DNA from: the human T2T-CHM13v2.0 reference genome, Homo sapiens
Reading direction: 5' to 3' (one strand)
NCBI RefSeq assembly: GCF_009914755.1
Contig: NC_060934.1
DNA: 64,000 bases
In this document: positions 1 through 13,798 of the stretch, piece by piece
How positions within the stretch are numbered: position 1 is the first letter of the stretch
Layout of the letters: each line of letters opens with the position of its first letter
Program-made: the position numbers and the translations under genes
Notes under the pieces: generated by a model
Seen by the model: only the letters and a program-made list of their open reading frames with translations
Database searches by the model: none
Told to the model about the DNA's origin: nothing

Positions 1-910
1 TCCCCGCTCCTCTGATTTACTGTGAATCCTGGCTGTGTGCAGATGATGGCTGAGAGCAAAGGTTCACATCAATTGGAGCTCCAGGAAGAGCTGTCTCTGT
101 GGGGGAAAACGTCACCTTCTTAGAACGCGTGAGCATCACCCACAAAACAGACAAGCCAGAGGAGATCAATGCGACAGAAATAGTTGTCACATCATGATTA
201 GCGAACTATCGCTCATAATAATCTCCTTCAATAGACTCCGCAAAGGAGAGCTTGATTATTTGAACATATAGTAGTGTTCATTGTGGCTGGGCTGCACTTG
301 CAGCCTAATTTGTATTTTTACAGTTTGTGACATTGGAAAGCTTGAGGTAATTTTCAGTACCTTATTAGGCATTTGAAATTCAGTTTGTAGCGTTCACTTC
401 AAACATCCGCCTTTTCATTTAGCAGCGATTTAGCTGAGTGGGCTTGGGAGGGGACAACATCTGGGAAGCCACAGAGTCTCCAGGAAATGTCAAGAGTAAG
501 CAGCCATCAATTCCCACAGAGAACAGAACAGGAGTAATCCTCTGTGGTCAGTGCAGTGACAGCCTCAGTCTTCAACAGGGAGCCCCAGTGCAGGTCTGGT
601 TTGTAACCTCTAATTTGGTTTTGCACCTTACAAAAGACCTGAGACTTTGGGGTTTCCTTTGGGGACTTACAAAAAATCAGGTTCAATTCATGTCTCAGAA
701 GAAAAAAAAAATTAGGACTACTGGAATTGTTTGCCTGCTCCCAGCGGAGGGCGAATGAAGTGATAGGGGTACAACACACAACAGGTTGCAAAAATTAGAG
801 CCCACCCTCATGCCCTACAAACTTCTGCAGAGTAGAAGAAATGGACAAGGTCGGATTTAAAAAAAAAGAAAACAAAAGAACCCTGGGGAAACTGGAGCCT
901 GTGCCACGCT

Positions 911-1071
911 GCACCCGCCAAAGCACACACACCCCGCACCCGCTAGTGTATACACACCCCACATTTGCCAGTGTACACGCACCCCACATTCACTAATGCA
1001 CATGCACCCCGCATCCACTAGTGCACACACACCCCGCATCCACTAGTGCACACACACCCTACATCCACTAG
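911..1071. repeat. Minisatellite, ~25 bp unit (GTGCACACACACCCCGCATCCACTA), ~6.5 diverged copies
   Basis: Recurring CACACACCCCRCATCCRCTAGTG at 25 bp spacing, e.g. 1021-1045 vs 1046-1070. Confidence 0.85.
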
Positions 1072-2879
1072 CACATTGGCTGTGGGCTCTCTGGTGCCCT
1101 GACCTGGCCTTCTATTCTTTGCTCCTCCTTGGAGAAGAAAAGATTGTTTTCATTTCTTTGAGTCCTCTTCACTAATCTTTAATCTGCCAAGTGAATCAAA
1201 TCCCACTGAACTATTAAGTGGACTTTTCCATCTTGAATAATATTTGCATTTTAATGTCTGTCAACTACATAAATTATTATAGTCCACCCTAGTGATGCTA
1301 ATGATAGAAATTTTAGGCACTTTGGTTGAAAAGACATTTCAGAATAAATGGAAATATAGGTGGCTTGCTTTTCAAGTTACGCAAATAGGTGTAAATTGGA
1401 CCAGAAATGAAATCCATCTTCAAAAAGTGTTGGGATGTAGCAAACAGTATTTACTTTCTAATTTAACCAAAGAACTTTAGACATACATTCTTAGCACTGT
1501 TCCATCCAGTCTGAAAATCAAGAGCTAATGGTAGAAACATCAAAAAAACCCTGTGGGTTTTTGTTCTGTTTTGTTTTTTGCTTTCATTTTTGTTTTTTTC
1601 TTTTTAGCACGTGAATAGAACTACATTAAAATATAAATTTTACTGAGGCTATTATACCCTTCAAATAGTTTCAGCTGTGGTGTTTAATTATACAGGAGGA
1701 AATAAGCAATTCACCATCTTTAACATCACTTGTTCCTTGGAAAGTCTGGTCAGGGGTTTTTTTGCTACGTCAACTTAGCACATATTTCACAGAGCAGAAA
1801 GCACTGGGTAGGGATGTGGTTGAGTTGGTGGTTTGGCCATGTTAGCAGCCAGGGTGGGTAACTGCATGATCAATCCAATTAGCTAAGCTGAATTTAACTG
1901 AAAACAGGACTTGAAACAATCATATGCCTCTCTCCTCCCCCAATTAATAGAACCTATTTACACTGTTTAGTTGAAAGCTATCTGATCAAGCTATTTGATA
2001 TGATAAATTCAATTTAATTAATGGAAACAAAATAGTTTTTCAGAAAAAGCACATTTTATTTAAAACATCATGTAACTTAACAATCCCCATGAATTTTTTT
2101 CCATGCCTTTTTGGATGGTTTTCCATATTTTTCCCTTCTTGGGCATAATAGTGAAACTTCCTTGTCATCATATGTCTGTCATTATCACCTTATTATGTTG
2201 TCTAATTCAAATTGGCTGAAAGTGGTCTCAAAATGTGACATACATTTTGGAAGAGAGATTGGGATGAGAGTTTATAAGCACTTTGGGGTAAACACTGAAA
2301 ATACTTCATCCCATAAAGAGAATTGGCAATACTGACATAAAGAAAAACAATCACAACGGGGTATGGATCAGATTAAGAGAATAATTGGCAAATCTACACT
2401 TCATTTTGCAGTGTGACATGAGGATCTCATCTCTTTCACTATTGGAATGATCAATACCAGTTGCAGCAGCTGGATCAATTCTGGCACAATCCTCATCAAC
2501 TGTTGCAGTAACTGAAATGACCAAATCAACTTAATGGTTCAATGTGGTCATTGCTTCTATGTAGTTTTCCTTTCTTCTTTAACATTTATATTTAACCTGT
2601 ACATATTTCAGACTCACTGCATATATTTCAGAATTTCCAGAAATACATACCATGTCTTGTACTAGGAACTGGAGCTAAGCCTAATAGACCACCACCACCT
2701 TCTCCTGTCTCTATCTCCTACAACAACCCTTAATGCAACAAGCACAAATGTTCATTTGTATGAAGGTCTTGGCTTAAGGCTAAAACCATTCCTCCCAGAA
2801 GAGTCTTTTCCAACTTTGATTATTTTCTCACTATCCAAAGGGTATTCTGGGGACAATGGAAACTTAAAAGTGAGAGAAG

Positions 2880-5800
2880 ATGTAAGAAGAACAAGGAGAG
2901 AAAGATGACAGAGAAGGAGGCACTAGAAATCCATCCCCTAATATAAACAATAATTGCAATGGCAGAATTCATCTGATGTAACTATTTGGGAACTCTAGAG
3001 GTTATTGTAGGCTTACAACCAACAGGAAAAAGCTTGGATGGTAAACTGTAGTTAATATTGGTCAATTTTAGCTCTTAGCATGTCCCTGAATCAGCCTGCA
3101 TATTCCTTGCAAGATCCATAGTGGAAAATAAGGACTTGATCCCAAACATCAGGGATCCATGCTCTGATTGCTGCTTTTGATCACAGAGGTGCAGAGAAAG
3201 AGTCAGTGACGATTGTCACTGCAATTCCCTCCATTTCTTCAAGCCCTTTTTCCCTCTGGCTGATGTACCTTTCAGGGGATTTAAAGGGTTAGTACCCCTT
3301 TTCCCTCCCTCCATTTTTTTCTTCCTTTCCTTTTGTGAGCCAGACATTAAAGACTAGAACATTCAAAACAAATGTATCTATGAGGAAAATTAGAAATTAA
3401 CCATACATGCCCAGGGAAAGGCTCAGAAAGAAACTGAAAAGACCTGAAGTTTATAACTCAGGCTTATTCTTGGCACAGAGACGGCCTAAACCAGTTAAAA
3501 CAGCAATAAAACAACAATAGCAACAACAACAACAACAAAGAAACAGCAAACCTTGGTGAAGGAGGAAATTCGATGATTAGAATCAAGTATGTATTTTCCA
3601 ACAAAAAAAAATACAAAGGAAAATATTGAGAAAATGATGTATGAATGAAATGGAAATATCAATAAAGAGACAGAAAACCTACAAATACAACAAGAATCTC
3701 TGGATGTGAAAACTATCATAACTGAAGTTTAAAATTCACCAAAGAGATTCAAGGACAGATTTTAGCAAGTAGAAGAAAGAATCAGTAAACTCGAAGATAT
3801 GACAGTTTAAATTATTGAATCTGAGGAACAGAAATTAAAAGATTGGAGAAAAGTAAACAGAGCCTAAGGGACATTTGGGACACCACCAACACGAGCATAT
3901 GGATTGCTGAAGTCTCAGAAAAAGAAGAATAAAAGGGGAGAGAGAATATTCAATAAAATAATGGCTAATGCTTTCCATATTTGATAAAAAACATGAATAT
4001 AAACACAACAAATTTAAACATTTCACTATAAAAAATCAACTAAATACAAAATAAGACGGTAATGTAAAAATGAGGGAGAGGGACAAAAAGCTATACAACA
4101 TGTAGAAAACAGTAAAATGACAAGTTAGTCCCTTCTTATCAGCACTACTTCAAATACAAATGGATTAAATTCTCCGATCAAAGACTGAGATTGGCAGAAT
4201 TTAAAAACACGTGATCTAACTGTATGCTATCTACAAAAGACTCGCTTCAGATCCAAAGGAACAAATAAATTAAAAGTAATAGGATTTTTTTAATGTTTTC
4301 TGAAAATAGTAACCAAAAGAGAGCAGAGATGGCTATATGAATGTCAGACAAAATCAACTTGTAAATTAAAATTTTATATAAAACAAAGGACAGTATATAT
4401 TAATAAAAGGTGCAATACAACAAGAAGATATAACATTTATAAGCATTCACATACCTAATGACAGACTATCAAAATATGTAAAGCAAAAACTGGCAGAATT
4501 GAAGACAGTTCTAAAATCATAATTGGAGACTTCAGTATCTCACTCCCAATAATAGATGGAAAACCCATACATAAGATAAGTAAGAAACCAGAGAACTTAT
4601 ATGACACAATAAATCAATTAGACATAATAGTTATATACAGAACATGTTACCCCAAAACAGCATGTACATTCTTCCCAAGTATATATAAAACATTTTCCAG
4701 AATAGATTATGCATGAGGCCACAATTAGGTTTCAATTAATTTTTAAAAATAGCTATTATTCAAAGTGTCTTCTCTGACTACAACAGGATAAATTTAGAAA
4801 TAAATAACAGAAGTAAAATAGAAATATTCACAAATTTTACAATTAAACAACATGCTCTTACACACAAATGGATCAAAGAAAAAATAGAAATTATTTAAAA
4901 ACTAATGAAAACAAAAACACAACATGCCAAAACTTAAGAAAACAGGGCTAAGGGGGAAATTTATAACTATAAATACAAATTAAAAAATGAAAAGGATATC
5001 AAATTATGACTTAACTTTACAACTAGAAAAATAGGAACAAACTAAACCCAAAGCTAGTGGAACAAAGAAAATAATAAAGATTAAAGGGGAGATAAATGAT
5101 GTAAGCATAGAAAAACAATAAAAAAATTGATAAAACCAAAAGTTGATTTGTTAAATGATTAACAAAATTGACAAAGCTTTAGCTAGATGGAGTAAGAACA
5201 AAAGAGAGAAGACTCAAATTAATAGTCAGAAATGAAAATGGACATTACTATTGATACTACAGAAATAAAATAGAAATATAAAATAGTACCTAAACAATTG
5301 TATACAAAGAAATTGGATCACCTAGAGAAAAAAGACAAATTCCTGGAAACACAAAACCCACTAAGACTAAATTACAAATAAATATAAAATCTGAAAAGAC
5401 ATAAAACTATTAAGAAAATTAAATCAGTAGTCAAAAATCTTCTGATGAAAAAATACCTTAGACCCGATGGCTTCATTGGTAAATTCATGAAACACTTCAA
5501 GAACTAATACCAATCCTTTTGAAATATTTTTAAAAATTGAAAAGGAGAGAATACTTTCTCACTCCTTCTAGAAAACCAGTTTTACTCTTATACCAAAGCC
5601 AGGCAAAGACACAAAAAGGAAAGAAAACTACAGAAAGTAAACATTGATGCCAAAATCCTCAACAAAATACTAACTGGATCCAGTAATATATTCAAAGGAT
5701 TTTACATCATGATCAAGTAGAATTTAATCCTGGAATGCAAGGATAGTTCATCATATAAAAATCAGTCAATGTAATACAGCACATAGAATGAAGAAAAAAC

Positions 5801-7818
5801 CATATGATCATCTCGATTGATGCAGGAAAATTATTGGCAACATTTAACACCCATTTATACTAACAACACTCAACAAACTAGGGGTAGAAAGAAATTACCT
5901 CAGTATAATAAAAGCCATCTATGAAAACCCCATAGCAAACATCATAATTAATGATGAAAAATTAAAAAAAAAAACTTTACTTCTATGATCAGGAATAAGA
6001 CAAGGATGCCTACTTTCATCACTTCTATTCAATGTAGAACTGGAAGCTCTAGCCAGAGCAATTAGGCAGGAAAAAGAAATGACAGGCATACGAATTGGAA
6101 AGAAAAAAGTAAAATAATTTCTATTTGCAAATGATATGAAGTTATATATAGAAAACCCTAAAGAGTCCACCAAAGAAATAAATTGTTAGAAATAATAAAT
6201 GAATTTATCGAAGTAGAAGAATACAAAGTCAAGAAACAAAAATCAGTTTAATTTCTACCCACTGACAATGAACAATCTAAGAAGGAAATTACAAAAACAA
6301 TATTTACAATAGTATCAAAAATACTTAGAAATTAACTAGGAGATGAAAGACTTGTAAAATTTATTTCAGCAATGCTCTATAAAAACTAGAGAGCATTAAA
6401 AACTATAGAGCATTGCTGAAATAAAATTTAAAAGACATAAATAAACAGAAATTCATTCCATGTTCATGGGTTGGAAGATTTAATATTGTTAAGTAGTCAA
6501 TACTACCCAAAGCAATCTACAGATTTAATGCAATTCCTATCAAAATCTCAATAAAATGTTTTACAGAAAAAAATCCTCAAATTCATATTGAATCACAAGG
6601 AGCCCTAAATAGACAACACAATTTTGAAAAGGAATTCAGCTGGAGGACTTACTTCCTGATTTCAAAACTTACCGCAAAGCAACAATAATGAAAACATTGC
6701 GGTATTGGCATAAACACAGACATATGAACTAATAGAATAAAGAGCTCAGAAATAAATCTTCACACGTGTGGTTAAATTATTTTTGACAGTGTGCCAAGAC
6801 TATTCAAAAAAGGAAAGAAAGGAAAGCCTTTTCAACAAGTGATGCTGGGAAAACTGGATATCCACATGCAAATGAATGAAGTTGGATCCTTCCCTAACAC
6901 CACATGCAAAAATTAAATCAAAAATGGACCAACGACCTAGAGGTAAGACCTAAAACTATAAAACTCTTAGAAGAAAACGTAGGGCAAAACCTTCATGACA
7001 TTGGATTTGGCAATAATTTTATGAATATGACAACAAAAGCACAGGCAACAAAAGCAAAAATAGATGAATGTAACTTGAAAACTTAAAACTTTTATGCATC
7101 AAAAAAACAGTATCAACAGAGTAAAAAGACAATCCACAGAAGAAAATATTTCAGATCATACATCTGAAACCCTTGTGCACTGTTGGCATGAATGTAAAAT
7201 GGTGTAGCTGTTGTGGAAAACAGTATTGAGATGCATCAAAAATTTAAAAAATTATGTTATGATTCAGCAATTCAACTTCTGAATGTATACGCAAAATAAC
7301 TGAAAGCAGGGATTGAAAAAAAGCATCTGTACAACCATATTCATAACAACATTATTCACAATGAGCAAAGTGTTGCAGCAACCCAAGTGTCCATCAACAG
7401 ATGAATGAGTGCATAGGTGTGGTGTACACATGCAATGGGGTTTTATCAAGCCTTAAGAAGGATGGAAATTCTGACGTACACTACAACATAGATGAACCTG
7501 AGACCATTATGCTAAGTGAAATAAGCCATTCACAACAAAACAAATACTATGTGCTTCCAACTGAGGTTTCTAGAGTAGTTAAAATCATAGACACAGAATG
7601 GAATGGTTGCTTCCAGGAGCTCAGGGGAGCTGGGGGAAGGAGAATGATTGTTTAATGGATACAGATTTTCAGTTTTGCAAGATGAAAAAGTTCTGTAGAT
7701 CTGTTTCACAACAATGTGAATATATAATTAACAGTACTGTAAACTTAAAAATGGTTAAGATAGAAAATTTTATGTGATGTGTATTTCACCATAGTAATAT
7801 AAAATAGAAAAAAAAATA
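2880..7818 (+). mobile_element. Old, degenerate LINE-1 (L1MA9/L1MB-type 3' end) with 5' region, ORF1 remnant, most of ORF2 and A-rich tail; internal deletions near 4015 and 7165
   Basis: ORF2 endonuclease start motif (AATGGATTAAATTCTCCGATCAAGA ~4159); RT motifs (CAAGGATGCCTACTTTCATCACTTCTATTCAA 6001; TTTGCAAATGATATGA = F-A-N-D, decayed FADD, 6124); translated remnant MQKLNQKWTNDLEVRPKTIKLLEEN (6904); L1MB-like 3' end ACTTAAAAATGGTTAAGATAG and A tail to ~7818. Many stops and frameshifts. The 5' boundary is approximate. Confidence 0.9.
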
Positions 7819-9495
7819 ATGAGGACACTCTTTCACTTTGAAGGGAGAGAAAGTAGGCAGATAAATAATTAGATCTGTCCAAATTTATATACGATATTTC
7901 AAAAGTGATCATGCCTCATAGCATTTAAGCACTTGCTAATGCAAGAAAGAATAAAACCTCAGGGTGCATTTCTCCCTAAGGAGACAGTCAGATAACGGAA
8001 GAGGAGAAAGATTCCTAGAGCCACTCCCCACCTCTGCTCTTCTGCCCTGCAGCAGCAGGAGCTAAAGCTGTGAAGAGCAGGGCTGGCAACTGGTCAAAAC
8101 TGATCGGCCAGCAGGTGTTTCTATGGTGATGGGAATAAGCTGGGGATTTAAGGATTATGGGAATAGCATGTGGACAGCCAGAGCAAAGAGGAGGGTGGAA
8201 GAAAATGTGCCACACATTAGATTACCTGTAGCTGGGAAATATTGATTTCTATATCGTATTCATCTTCACATTTTCTGAGAAGGGACTTAAACTAAGCCAA
8301 ACTGAGCTGTTTCTGTGAACCTTTTAATTTGCTATTCTAATGAAGAGGGGGAGTGATGGCTCTTAAGGTTAAACAGAGTGATTTGCAAATCACAAAGGCC
8401 AGCTCTCCTGATTCCTTTTGAAAGCTTCCTGTTCAGCACCATTTCCTGGCAAACTTTACTGCCAAGTTTAGGCAAACAGTTATTCCTATTTCATTCTTTT
8501 TATTTTATTTTGACATCTAGCACTAAAAACATAGCTTTTCTTAGTAAGATTTGCCTTGTTTCTTTTCAACATCACCTTTTTGGTTTATGTGATGGACAGG
8601 ACAGCGAACTCAAGCTACACATTGATTAAACTTTTCATTCAAACAACAAGCATTCAGGATAAAGAGTCTGAAGTTGTAAGTGTCCTTGTAACAATTATAT
8701 TGAAGCTCAAGTCACCATTGAACAAGATATTTTGAGAGCCACCTAGACCAGGTATTCCTAGAAAAATAATTTTAAAATATCTCCAGGAAATGCCATTCTC
8801 TAGAGGAAGAAAAGCGTGCTAATAGAATTTAATATATTTTGAGAACATCCAGGCAGCCATGAAAATTTCAAGACCAATAGATAGATACTTGTAAGTCATT
8901 TCAGGGTTCATGTCTCTTCCATTATGTGGAGTGCTCAAAGCATATTTTTATTTTCATTTCCACTGTATCCTAGTTTTTTTTTTTTTTTTTACAAATATGG
9001 CCTATCACTCTACAATTTTTAAAATTCTTTAATTTGTTTAAATAGCGGAAGAAATAGCGTAGAATATCAAAAGGCTGGTAGACATTTTCTCGTCGGCAGT
9101 TTCTCTGGTGCATCTCCTTTCCTCGCATTTGGGGATTCTTTCTACTCCTCCACCACCAGGCTGGGCTTCTTTCTCCACTGAGTCACTGGGAGCTTAATTC
9201 AACAAATGTTGGTTGAGTGTCCACTGTGTAGAGACGAATAAGCCACAGTTCTGGCTTCAAGCTACCCAAGTCCGGGGAGCAGAGGCTCACCTCTGCAGGA
9301 TACTCAAGGTCTACCTATGCATTCTTTGGAGATGGCTGTCAGCAGTGGCAATTACACACTTGCTTAGGAAACACTTGGTTAAACGTCCATTTTTCTCCTA
9401 CCCTTTGTCTGCATTTTGTACCACTGTGTCCTCATTACCTACTGCAGTGACTGACCGGAAATGAAAACGTGGTAATTATGTGTTGAAAGGGGAGC

Positions 9496-9849
9496 GCTAT
9501 ATACTGAACGCTCATGTCCCCCCAACATTCATATGGTGAAATCCTAACTCCCAAGGCAATAATATCAGGAGGTGGAGACTTTTGGAGGTGATTGGGACAT
9601 GAGATGGAGCTCTCAAGAATGAGATTAGTAAAAGGGACCCCAGGGAGCTGCCTTGCTCCTTTAACCATGGGAGGATGGTGTGAGATGGTTCCTTCAATGA
9701 ACCAGAAAGCAGCCCTCACCAGACGCCAAATCTGCCACTCCCTTGACCTTGGACTTGCAGCCTCCAGAACTGTGAGAAATCAATATCTGTTGTTTGTAAA
9801 TCACCCAGTCTATGGCACTTTGTCGTAACAGCCCGAATGAACTAAGACA
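9496..9849 (+). mobile_element. MaLR solo LTR, MLT1A/MLT1A0-like
   Basis: TGAAATCCTAACTCCCAA...GGAGGTGATTGGGACATGAG...TTGGACTTGCAGCCTCCAGAACTGTGAGAAAT, ending AACTAAGACA. Confidence 0.9.
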
Positions 9850-10267
9850 GCTCAGTAAACGAATGAAAGAATGAATCAAACAGAAGACCAGGTCACAGGA
9901 ACCAAAAGGGAGTCCTCCCAGAAGCAGAATGACGTCAGGGAAGAAGGAACAATGGCAGGAGGGGCAAAGTGGGACATCAAGGCTGCTCTACGACACCCAT
10001 GTCCCAGGCTGTGAGGCTACCTGTGGAGCTGGGCATCCTGCCAGGCCAGGTCAAAGCCACAGGTGCCTGCCAGGGGCTATGCAGCAGACCCCTTCTTGCT
10101 CAGGGAGCCTTCTTAGGACAAGCCTTCTGGACTAGCACTGGACAAGAGCTTCACAAATGTCCTCACCACAATTGCATCCGTGGGCCAGAAATTCCACTTC
10201 TAGAATCTTTCTTAAAGAAAAAGCAAAAGATTTAAAAAAATAAATAGATAAATAAAACAGAATTTAT

Positions 10268-10945
10268 GGTTGCAGACAAATAAAAACACTTTTACACTGT
10301 TGGTGATGGGAATGTAAATTAATTCAACCATTGTGGAAGATGGTGTGGAGAGTCATCAAAGATCTAGAATAAGAAATACTATTTGACCTAGCAATCTCAT
10401 TACTGGGTATATACCCAAAGGAATATAAATCATTCTATTATAAAGATACATGAACATGTACATTCACTGCAGCACTATTCACAATAGCAAAGACATGGAA
10501 TCCACCCAAATGCCCATCAATGATAGACTGGATAAAGGGAATGTGGTACATATACACCATGGAATACTATGCAGCCATAAAAAAGAATGAGATCATGTCC
10601 TTTGCAGGGACATGGATGGAGCTGGAAGCCATCATCCTCAGCAGACTAATGCAAGAACAGAAAACCAAACACCACATGTTCTCACTTATAAGTTGGAGCT
10701 TAACAATGAGAACACATGGATACAGGTAGGGGAATAAGACACCCTGGGGCCTGTTAGGGGTGGGGTTGGGGGTGGGAGAGCATTAGAAATATAGTTAATG
10801 CATGGTGGACTTAATACCTAGGTGACGGGTTGATATGTGCAGCAAACCACCATGACACATATTTACCTATGTAACAAATCTACCCATCCTGCACATGTAC
10901 CCCAGAACTTAAAATAGAAAAAGAATCTTTAAAAAAGAACAAAAT
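10268..10945 (+). mobile_element. 5'-truncated L1PA (older primate subfamily) 3' end
   Basis: ORF2 C-terminus MIDWIKGMWYIYTMEYYAAIKKNEIMSFAGTWMELEAIILS; 3' UTR CCTGCACATGTACCCCAGAACTTAAAAT followed by A-rich tail. Confidence 0.95.
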
Positions 10946-11489
10946 GTATATGATTTTCTGATAAAAATTGAAAACAACCCTGTAAAATCATTTATAAAAT
11001 TTGTTTAACTTAGGAAAATTAGTTAAATAAATGAGGGCTCATTCATCCACTGAAATATATATACAGCCTGTCAAAAGGAAATTGTTTAATAATAATTAAT
11101 GTTACAAGAAATACTCATTAAATGTTTTAAGGTCAAAATAGCAGTTTGAAAATTAGAAATAATAACTATTAAGGTTTTTTTTATTTTCTCCAAATATACT
11201 TCTATATTTTAAAGACAGTTTTGTTCCTACTTTATCTGTGAGTGATTGGTTAGGACTTACTACTGTTATTTTTGTAACTGTATTTACAATGAGAAAAACT
11301 ATTTGAAAATGTAAAACAGCTATTCCATTCTTAGTGCCTGTGCACATCGGAAGTAGAGTGGCCTTGAATCTTTACAAGAGATGCTCAGTCATCTCAAATT
11401 TCAAAAAGGGCAAAGGGAGATGCAGAAGAAATGCCCTTCTTGTGTCTGCCTCATGCGTCTTTCCGTTCCAGGACTGTCCTATTGATTAG

Positions 11490-11640
11490 CTTCCTGCTGT
11501 CTACCTAAACTGTCCCTGGGAGATCATCTGCAGCCAAGACCTCAATGCTATCTGTGAAATGATGATGTGTAAGTCCATATACCTGGCCTCGGGCACTTTC
11601 ATGAGTGTCAGGCTACTTCAAACTAGAAGATCAAACTTCT
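11490..11640 (+). mobile_element. Possible L2 fragment
   Basis: TCCCTGGGAGATCATCTGCAGCC...TGCTATCTGTGAAATGATG resembles the L2 RT region; weak match. Confidence 0.4.
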
Positions 11641-11721
11641 CAGATTGGCCTAAAAAACCCTCTATGAACTGGTCACTGCCTCTATCTTCTCTATCAACAC
11701 CAATTCCCCCAGCCCTCTCCA

Positions 11722-11796
11722 ACACACACACACGTGTACACACATGCACACACATATGCACACATGCACACAAATGCACACGCACATATATATGCA
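11722..11796. repeat. CA/CATG-rich simple repeat
   Basis: ACACACACACGTGTACACACATGCACACACATATGCA... Confidence 0.85.
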
Positions 11797-11859
11797 CCTT
11801 GAAGGCTCCAGCAGTGTAAATCTACTTTTCATTCTCTGATGAACACTATTTTGCATTTC

Positions 11860-12255
11860 CTTCCAGGATATACACCCCAGGAAACATACACAACAAATAT
11901 GTTCACAAATAGCATTATTCAACATAGATTTCCCCCAAATGAGAAAATGATAAATAACCATTGATAGCAGACTGGACAAATTAACTGTAGCATAATAGTA
12001 GAATAGAATAGTAGAGCAGTAAAGAATGAACTGCATGATGTAATGAACACAGATGCATCTCAACAGGAAAATATTGCAGAAAAGAGACAATCACAGAGGA
12101 ATACGTACAGAATATTCTATTTCCACACAGTTCCAAACCATGCAAAACTAAGTTATCTATGGCAGAGGGACATGAATGGATGGTGAAAATATAAAGAAAT
12201 AAAAGGAATAATTAATATTAATGCCAGGAGAGTTGTCACCTAAAGAGGAGAGAGG
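11860..12255 (+). mobile_element. L1ME-like 3' fragment
   Basis: AATATGTTCACAAATAGCATTATTC...GATGCATCTCAACAG...AGTTCCAAACCATGCAAAACTAA, typical of ancient L1 3' UTRs. Confidence 0.65.
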
Positions 12256-12258
12256 GTG

Positions 12259-12442
12259 TGATAAAGTTTGGCTGTGTCCCCACCCAAATCTCATCTTGAA
12301 TTGTAGTTCCCATAATCCCCACAGGTCGTGGGAGGGAACAGGTGGAGATAATTGAATCATGGGGGCAGTTTTCCTCATCCTGTTTTCATGATAGTGAGTT
12401 AGTTCTCCTAAGATCTGATGGCTTTATAAGGGGCTTTACCCT
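12259..12442 (+). mobile_element. THE1 (MaLR) LTR, 5' half only
   Basis: TGATAAAGTTTGGCTGTGTCCCCACCCAAATCTCATCTTGAATTGTAGTTCCCATAATCCCCAC; similarity stops abruptly after TTTATAAGGGGCTTTACCC. Confidence 0.92.
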
Positions 12443-13798
12443 CTATATGCACCTAACAATAGAACCCCAATTTAATTATCTGAGAAGAGAAATAGGCAAT
12501 TTAATAATCATAGTTGGAGGCTTCCATACTATACTTTTAATAATGGATAGAACAACTAGACAGAATAGAAAAAAAGATGACTTGAACAACACTATAAACC
12601 AACTTGACCTAAGAGAAATTTATAAAACACTTCACTGAAGAACAGAAGAATAAACATTCTTTTCAAGTGCACATGGAACATTCTACAGAATAGACCATAG
12701 AGTAGGTCATAAACAAGTCTTAATATATTTCAAATGAGCTAAGTTATATCATGTATATTCTCTGATTACAGTGGAATAAAATTAGAAATCATAACAAAAG
12801 AAAACTTGGGACATACACAAATATGTGGAATTAAATAACTTATTTCAAAAAAATGAATGAATCAAGAAGAAATGAAAAGGGAAAATAAAATGCTTTGAGA
12901 AGATGATAATAAAATAACAGCATACAAAACTTCTGGAATGTAGTGAAAGCAGTGCTTAGAAGGAAATTTATAGTATTAAAGATCTGTATAAGAACAGAAG
13001 AAAGAACACAAATAAAAAACCTAAGTGTTCTTAAACTAAAAAAGAACAGTAAAATGAACTCAAAGCTAACATAAGAAATACTAATGATTAGATTCAAAAA
13101 TTAATAAAATAAAAAACAAAATTAGAAAAAAATTAAAAACTGGTTCTTCATAAAGGTCAACAAAATTGATAAAACTTTAGCTAGACTAACAACAACAACA
13201 ACAACAAAAATCCTGCCAAAATTGGGTATTAAAAAAGCCCTACTAATATCAGCGTACAGAAACAAAAATAATCTAATGCAATGATTCAGACAATGGTATG
13301 ACAATCGATTAGATAATCTAGTGAAATAGAAAAGAAACACACTGTCAAAGCTGACTAAAGCAGAAATAGAAAAGCTGAATAGACCTATTACCTGTAAATA
13401 CAATGAATATGTAATCACAATTTTTAAAAATCTTACAAAAAAAAATCAGTACCATATGGCTTCACTGGTGAATTTGATCAAATAGTTTATTTAAAAATAA
13501 CATAAATCCTTTGCAAATTCTTCCAAAACAAAAAGCACTGGGAATACTTTCCAATTTATTTTATAAGGTCATTAATACCCTGACACAACAAAACAGTCAA
13601 AGTTATCCTAATAAATATATGAAAATAACAATAACCTACAGATCTTACATACCAGATAAATATAGAAACAAAAATTCTCAACAAAATACCAACAAACTGA
13701 ATCTGGCAGCATATAAAAGTGTATAAAACTTAGTACACCATGACCCAGTCTAATTGATCCAAGAAACACAAGGTTGTTTCAACATATAAAAATAAATG
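12443..13798 (+). mobile_element. Old L1 ORF2 fragment (endonuclease to start of RT)
   Basis: Translated remnant IIIVGGFHTILLIMDRTTRQ...DDLNNTINQLDLREIYKTLH; TTCAAGTGCACATGGAACATTC; GGCTTCACTGGTGAATT. Confidence 0.9.

Noticed and set aside
305-352. 23 nt exon-like AG...GT unit (324-346)
   Set aside because: Short pyrimidine tract, branch point very close to the AG, weaker donor and not frame-preserving; insufficient support.
4140-7165. L1 ORF2 as a functional reverse transcriptase
   Set aside because: Many stops, frameshifts and deletions; the catalytic FADD motif has decayed to FAND.
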